A stretch of 64,000 bases of DNA from Oceanospirillum sp. (lineage in GTDB: Bacteria > Pseudomonadota > Gammaproteobacteria > Pseudomonadales > Halomonadaceae), in the NCBI GenBank assembly GCA_048268485.1, contig JBLWVL010000002.1, forward strand, positions 64,665 through 128,664. Direction: 5' to 3'. Of this stretch, positions 58,886-64,000 are shown piece after piece (position 1 is the stretch's first letter; the number at the start of each line of letters is the position of its first letter). Below the pieces are notes generated by a model. The model ran no database searches. It was not told the DNA's origin and saw nothing but the letters and a program-made list of their open reading frames with translations. A program made the translations under genes and the position numbers.

Positions 58886-61003
58886 TTATTGCTGTCCTAC
58901 AGTAGCAACAATAGTAATCTGTTTATTATCAGGAATCTCCTGATATGAAAGAACATGAACAGATTGAGCACTGTAGCGGACAAATCTGGCAAGGACTTGC
59001 CGTATCGGTGCAGCCACCACTAACACCGCCGGGTTACCCATCATCTCTTGTTGCTGCGATACTTCAGCCAGCGATTGCTGCAACCTTTCAGCCATTGCCG
59101 GTTCTAAAATCAGGTTATCATCAACATTTGATTGTGCGGCCTGCTGCACTGACTGAAGCAAGATTTGTTCCAACTGTGGCTCAAGAGTAATAACAGGAAG
59201 ATCTGTACTTGGCCCACAAATTGACTGAACAATAGACCGGGACAAGGCCACACGCACAGCAGAGGTCATTTGACCAATATCCCGAGTCGACTGAGCCGTC
59301 TCAATCAATGACTGAGCAATGGTTCTGAAGTCACGAATAGAAACACTTTCCTGCAGTAAGCTCTGAATAATCTTCAGCAATTGATTCAAACTAACACAGT
59401 CGGGTACAAGCTGTTCAGCAAGTTTCGGTGAATGACTGGAAAGCGCATCCATCAGGTGCTGAATATCATCATGCCCAATTAACTCATGAGCATAATTCTG
59501 CATAATCTGATTCAACTGAGTAGCAATAACAGTACTGGAATCAACAACCGTATACCCTAAAGCCTGCGCCTCGTCTCTCTCCTGAGCTTCAACCCAAACA
59601 GCATCCAAACCAAAAGCAGGATCTTTACCCTCAATCCCTGAGATCTCCCCAAAAACCTGACCCGGGTTAATAGCCATCTCACGATCCGGATAAACTTCAG
59701 CCTCGGCAACGACAACACCTTTCAGCAGAATACGGTAAATTGTCGGAGAAAGCTCCAAATTATCCCGAATATGGACAGATGGCACCAAGAACCCCAGCTC
59801 CTGAGATAGTTTCTTACGAATGCCCTTGATACGCCCTAAAAGCTGACCACCCTGGTTCTTATCCACCAAAGGAATTAGACGATAGCCCACTTCAAGACCT
59901 AAAAGGTCGATCATAGGAACATCGCTCCATCCCAGCTCTTTCTGATTAACAGCTGCTTCGTCCGGTAAAGGCATATCCGGAGCCTTTTGCTTGGATGCCA
60001 ACTCCTGCGCAACCTTTTTAGCAGTATAATACTTGATCGCATACGCCCCTAAACCAGCTGCAGCAGCCAGCCCCAGGAAAGCAACATGCGGCATACCGGG
60101 AATAACGCCCATCAAAGTCAGAATAACAGCAGTAACTGTCAGGGCCTGAGGCGTGGCAAACATCTGCCCACCGACCTGCTGACCAATGCTCTGATCGCTG
60201 TTAACACGGGTCACCATGATAGCCGCAGCCACAGAGAGCAGTAGCGATGGTATTTGAGCAACCAAGCCATCACCAATGGTAAGAAGCACGTACTTCTCCA
60301 GAGCATCAGAAAACTCAAGATCATGCTGCATCATGCCGATACCTAAACCACCAAGTACGTTAATCACCAGGATTAATATACCTGCGACAGCATCACCACG
60401 GACGAATTTACTGGCACCGTCCATTGCACCATAGAAGTCCGCTTCATTAGCAACGTCCGCCCGTCGCTGCTTTGCCTCTTCCTGATTAATCAAGCCAGCA
60501 TTCAGGTCAGCATCAATAGCCATCTGCTTGCCCGGCATAGCATCCAAGGTAAAACGAGCACTCACCTCTGAAATACGGCCAGCACCTTTCGTGATTACCA
60601 CAAAGTTAATAATCATCAGGATAAGAAATACAACAAGACCGACAACATAGTTACCGCCAATCAGAACAGCACCAAAGGCCTCAATCACCTTACCCGCTGC
60701 ATCGCCACCCTCATGCCCGTTAAGCAAGACAATACGCGTCGATGCTACATTCAGCGCCAATCGTAAAAGCGTGGCAACCAGGAGTATGGTAGGAAAAACG
60801 GCAAAATCCAGTGGCCTCAACGAATAAACAGCCACCAAAAGAATAATAATTGACAGGGCGATATTGAAGGTAAACAGCATGTCCAGCAGTAATACCGGAA
60901 CAGGCAGTGTCATCATCCCAAGCAATACAAGGATAAGTACGGGAATCCCTAGTCCCGTCAACGGCAAGCTTTTCAACCTGTCTATTATTTGAGTGCGTTC
61001 CAT
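58886..61003 (-). CDS. flhA: Flagellar export apparatus protein FlhA
   Basis: 705 aa, with the FHIPEP family N-terminal TM domain and a cytoplasmic domain. Confidence 0.95.
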   Translation of the reverse strand: MERTQIIDRLKSLPLTGLGIPVLILVLLGMMTLPVPVLLLDMLFTFNIALSIIILLVAVYSLRPLDFAVFPTILLVATLLRLALNVASTRIVLLNGHEGGDAAGKVIEAFGAVLIGGNYVVGLVVFLILMIINFVVITKGAGRISEVSARFTLDAMPGKQMAIDADLNAGLINQEEAKQRRADVANEADFYGAMDGASKFVRGDAVAGILILVINVLGGLGIGMMQHDLEFSDALEKYVLLTIGDGLVAQIPSLLLSVAAAIMVTRVNSDQSIGQQVGGQMFATPQALTVTAVILTLMGVIPGMPHVAFLGLAAAAGLGAYAIKYYTAKKVAQELASKQKAPDMPLPDEAAVNQKELGWSDVPMIDLLGLEVGYRLIPLVDKNQGGQLLGRIKGIRKKLSQELGFLVPSVHIRDNLELSPTIYRILLKGVVVAEAEVYPDREMAINPGQVFGEISGIEGKDPAFGLDAVWVEAQERDEAQALGYTVVDSSTVIATQLNQIMQNYAHELIGHDDIQHLMDALSSHSPKLAEQLVPDCVSLNQLLKIIQSLLQESVSIRDFRTIAQSLIETAQSTRDIGQMTSAVRVALSRSIVQSICGPSTDLPVITLEPQLEQILLQSVQQAAQSNVDDNLILEPAMAERLQQSLAEVSQQQEMMGNPAVLVVAAPIRQVLARFVRYSAQSVHVLSYQEIPDNKQITIVATVGQQ

Positions 61004-61101
61004 TATTGCCCTTGTCTGCTGGCATTTTAAATTAAAATTTTTTGGCTATGCTACCAACAATACTATAACAGTCAAAGCTTTAAGCAACTGCTTAAATTTC
61101 T

Positions 61102-62238
61102 TTACTTTTTGTACTCAGAAGGTATCTCAGGAGATGGAGTCTTTCCGGGATGACCCGCTTTACCACTCTTAGACTGTTTTAATTGGTAAACATAGGCCAG
61201 TACCTGAGCAACAGCCATATAAAGCCCTTCAGGTATAACATCGCCAATTTCTGTACTGTAATAAATTGCCCGTGAAAGAGGAGGGATTTGTAACACAGGT
61301 ATCTCATTTGCCTCTGCTATCTCACGGATCTTCATTGCCAGCTCATCGCCACCTTTGGCCAGCAACTCTGGTGCCCCTATTTCACCTGCATCATCATATT
61401 TTAAAGCAACAGCGTAGTGAGTTGGGTTAGTGATAATAACATCGGCCTGCGGAACATCTGACATCATCCTTCGGTTTGCCATCTCCCGTTGTAACTGACG
61501 TATTCGTCCCTTCACCTCAGGTTTACCTTCGGTATTCTTCATCTCATCTTTTACTTCCTGTAACGTCATTCTCATCTTCTCGTTGTACTGATGAAGCTGA
61601 AAAGGAACGTCAATAAGAACGATCAGAATTAACGAAGAACTAACCCAGATAGCAACCCATGCCAAAATTTCAACCATCCTACCGAAGGCGTATTCAGGCG
61701 CCATCCAGGCCAGATAAGGTAATTCCATTCGATAAGCCAAAAAGACAAGAACAGCCGAAACACCGACAACCGAAACTTTGCCGATCGACTTAAAAAGCTC
61801 AACTAGAGAATTAAGTGAAAAGAGTCGTTTAATACCCTCAATAGGGTTTAGGCGACTAAATTTAGGGGCCAAGGCCTTCGTACTAAAGTTCCAGCCGCCT
61901 AAAGAAATAGGCGCAATAAGAGCTGCCAATACCAGTACAGACATTGTAGGCAACATGCCCATAAGGCTTTCTTTTGCAGAATGCGTCAAATGACGAAACA
62001 TCCCCTGAGTATCGAACAGGTCGACCCTGGCAATAGAAAAATTATAGCGAAAGACCTCTTTCAAGACCTCAGCAATAATAGGCCCCAATGTCAGTAAGGC
62101 TGCAGCCGCAACAAGCGTCAGCAACATTGTATTCAGGTCTTTTGAACGCGGAACATCACCTTTCTCCCGAGCCTCCTGAATTCGTTTGGGGGTGGGGTCT
62201 TCAGTTTTTTCCTGTCCGTCTTCGTTCTCTTTTGCCAT
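61102..62238 (-). CDS. flhB: Flagellar export apparatus protein FlhB
   Basis: EDGQEKTEDPTPKR N-terminus, four TM segments, NPTH autocleavage motif at aa 271-274. Confidence 0.95.
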   Translation of the reverse strand: MAKENEDGQEKTEDPTPKRIQEAREKGDVPRSKDLNTMLLTLVAAAALLTLGPIIAEVLKEVFRYNFSIARVDLFDTQGMFRHLTHSAKESLMGMLPTMSVLVLAALIAPISLGGWNFSTKALAPKFSRLNPIEGIKRLFSLNSLVELFKSIGKVSVVGVSAVLVFLAYRMELPYLAWMAPEYAFGRMVEILAWVAIWVSSSLILIVLIDVPFQLHQYNEKMRMTLQEVKDEMKNTEGKPEVKGRIRQLQREMANRRMMSDVPQADVIITNPTHYAVALKYDDAGEIGAPELLAKGGDELAMKIREIAEANEIPVLQIPPLSRAIYYSTEIGDVIPEGLYMAVAQVLAYVYQLKQSKSGKAGHPGKTPSPEIPSEYKK

Positions 62239-63023
62239 TAGGCCCTCGACTCTATCCAGTCGTTAAGAAACGATAATCCAAATTCAAAGACATTCTCAAA
62301 ATGTGGCGTCAATGTTGTCAGGCCTATCCAGGCAATCAGCAGACTAAACGTCATCATAAACGGAAAGCCCAATGAGAAAATATTCAACTGAGGTGCAGCC
62401 CTGGTCACAATACCCAATCCAGCCTGAACCATAAGCAACGCCGTCACCCCAGGTATAACAATCAGAAAAGCAGAAGCAAACATCCATCCACCCAGGTTTA
62501 CTAATGCCCAGAAAAACTCTCGGTCAATGCCGGAAAAGCCGATAGGTATCATACGAAAGCTATCCGCTATAATCTGAATCAGCACTAAATGCCCATTCAT
62601 TGTAACAAAAAGTAAATTCGCTCCAATGACAAGAAATTGAGCCACAACCGTTGTATTTACACCGTTGGCCGGATCAGCCATAGAGGCGAAACCAAGGCCC
62701 GCCTGCATTGCATACATCTGCCCTGCCAGTGCAAAAACCTGGTAAACAATCTGAACGACAAACCCAAAAGCAACACCAATCAAAACCTGCTGCGCGATCA
62801 CCAAAAACGCCTCAAGTGAAATCAGATCAATCTGAGGTACATCCGGCACCATAGGTAAGATAGCCAGGGTTACAACCAGTGAAAGAAGTAAACGGATATT
62901 AGAGGGTAAGGTCTGAGAGCCGATCAGGGGCACAGCCATGAAAAAACCGGCCACACGAAAAAAAGGCCAAAGAAAACCAGCCACCCACTGCACGATCATT
63001 GCATCCGTGATCTGAGCTGGCAT
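62238..63023 (-). CDS. fliR: Flagellar export apparatus protein FliR
   Basis: Polytopic, family-typical length. Its stop overlaps the flhB start. Confidence 0.9.
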   Translation of the reverse strand: MPAQITDAMIVQWVAGFLWPFFRVAGFFMAVPLIGSQTLPSNIRLLLSLVVTLAILPMVPDVPQIDLISLEAFLVIAQQVLIGVAFGFVVQIVYQVFALAGQMYAMQAGLGFASMADPANGVNTTVVAQFLVIGANLLFVTMNGHLVLIQIIADSFRMIPIGFSGIDREFFWALVNLGGWMFASAFLIVIPGVTALLMVQAGLGIVTRAAPQLNIFSLGFPFMMTFSLLIAWIGLTTLTPHFENVFEFGLSFLNDWIESRA

Positions 63024-63026
63024 GAA

Positions 63027-63296
63027 TCAACCTATAAGAAAGGGAATATTGGCGTAAAGGCGCGTAGCAAATTCAACCAAAGAACGCACCATCCAAGGGC
63101 CAGCGATAACAATCGCAAGCAGAGTAGCAAACAAACGAGGCAAGAAACTCAGTGTCTGTTCGTTAATCTGGGTTGCCGCCTGAAACACGCTGATAACAAG
63201 ACCAACAAGCAGACTGGGAACAACCATAACGGCTACGATGATCATAATCAGAAACATCGCCTCACGCAGAATATCAACAACAACGGAAGGTGTCAT
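63027..63296 (-). CDS. fliQ: Flagellar export apparatus protein FliQ
   Basis: 89 aa, two TM segments (VFQAATQINEQTLSF.P). Confidence 0.95.
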   Translation of the reverse strand: MTPSVVVDILREAMFLIMIIVAVMVVPSLLVGLVISVFQAATQINEQTLSFLPRLFATLLAIVIAGPWMVRSLVEFATRLYANIPFLIG

Positions 63297-63298
63297 AG

Positions 63299-64000
63299 CT
63301 ATCCGGCTCCAAAACTTGAGGCCAAAGTCCCCATCACCAGAGCCCAGCCATCAATAAGAACAAAGAGCATAATTTTAAACGGTAATGAGATAATAATTGG
63401 TGACAGCATCATCATACCCATAGCCATCAAAATACTTGCAATAACGAGGTCGATGACCAGAAAGGGAATAAAGACAATGAATCCGATCTGAAATGCTGTT
63501 TTCAATTCACTGGTCATAAAGGCCGGCACCAGAACACTAAAAGGGATATCGTCCGTCGATTTAATAACCTCATAACCGGCTATTCTGGCAAACAGATCCA
63601 CATGATCCTCCCTCGTCTGGGCCAGCATAAACTCAGTTACCGGCTGCCGGGCAAGCTGAACCGCCTCCAGAGCCGTTACCTCTTCAGCCAAGTACGGCTG
63701 CAAAGCATTCACATTAACTTCTTCCCAAACCGGGGTCATGATAAAAAAAGTCAGAAATAATGCCAGACCAACCAAAATCTGGTTTGATGGAGACTGCTGC
63801 AAACCCACTGCTTGGCGCAAAATAGCAAAAACAATAATAATTCGGGTAAACGAGGTCATCATAATCAAGGCTGCCGGAATAAAGGTCAGCGCCGTCATGA
63901 TGGCCAGAATCTGAATCGTTACCGTATAGCTTTGAGAGCCATCCTCCCCGGTAACCAGGGTCAGAGCAGGGATTCCGGGCTCGGCATAAGCGCCAGCACT
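63299..64000 (-). CDS. fliP: Flagellar export apparatus protein FliP (5' end lies beyond the window)
   Basis: [37 protein letters not shown] motifs. The frame stays open upstream of the ORF-track ATG to base 64000 (...[25 protein letters not shown]...). Confidence 0.9.
   Translation of the reverse strand, partial: SAGAYAEPGIPALTLVTGEDGSQSYTVTIQILAIMTALTFIPAALIMMTSFTRIIIVFAILRQAVGLQQSPSNQILVGLALFLTFFIMTPVWEEVNVNALQPYLAEEVTALEAVQLARQPVTEFMLAQTREDHVDLFARIAGYEVIKSTDDIPFSVLVPAFMTSELKTAFQIGFIVFIPFLVIDLVIASILMAMGMMMLSPIIISLPFKIMLFVLIDGWALVMGTLASSFGAG

Overview
This is a chromosomal segment from a motile gammaproteobacterium. Gene order resembles Vibrio, Pseudomonas and Oceanospirillales genomes; that taxonomic call rests on synteny only, with no database search. 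About 90% of the window is coding, mostly core functions.

Gene content from left to right:
- A partial arsS-like radical SAM gene, tRNA-Arg(CCT), and an arsR / small membrane protein / Cys-rich permease operon.
- A PAS-GGDEF cyclase, perM-like and tusA-like genes, bepA and nadA.
- Three tandem tRNA-Lys(UUU) genes.
- scpA-scpB-rluB, then yciO, yciV, yciB, yciI, mnmC and a membrane-anchored methyltransferase.
- A zinc locus: znuA-folE2-pyrC2-like divergent from znuCB-mepM, with a perfect 18-bp Zur-type palindrome between the two arms.
- An EamA transporter and an AraC regulator.
- A small AT-rich islet holding a Cys-rich hypothetical gene with an in-frame stop, plus a higB/higA pair.
- A DedA::FAD-disulfide-oxidoreductase fusion, yheU and an SLT lipoprotein.
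- ligA-zipA-smc.
- The complete ccmABCDEFGHI cluster. ccmD (59 aa) is missing from the ORF track.
- A FliK-like / FlhB-C-terminal-like gene pair.
- The polar flagellar and chemotaxis cluster: DUF2802-cheW-parP-parC-cheB-cheA-cheZ-cheY-fliA-flhF-flhA-flhB-fliR-fliQ-fliP. fliP runs off the window end.

I found no CRISPR array, IS element, transposase, integrase or rRNA.

The observations most worth following up:
1. A translationally coupled FliK-like / FlhB-CC-mimic pair.
2. flhF directly abuts fliA, with no flhG/fleN between them.
3. A CheA whose P2 region is replaced by three copies of a short acidic repeat.
4. The Zur-box zinc-sparing operon.
5. The AT-rich islet at about 26.6-28.2 kb.

I cannot show that any of these is an undescribed system.
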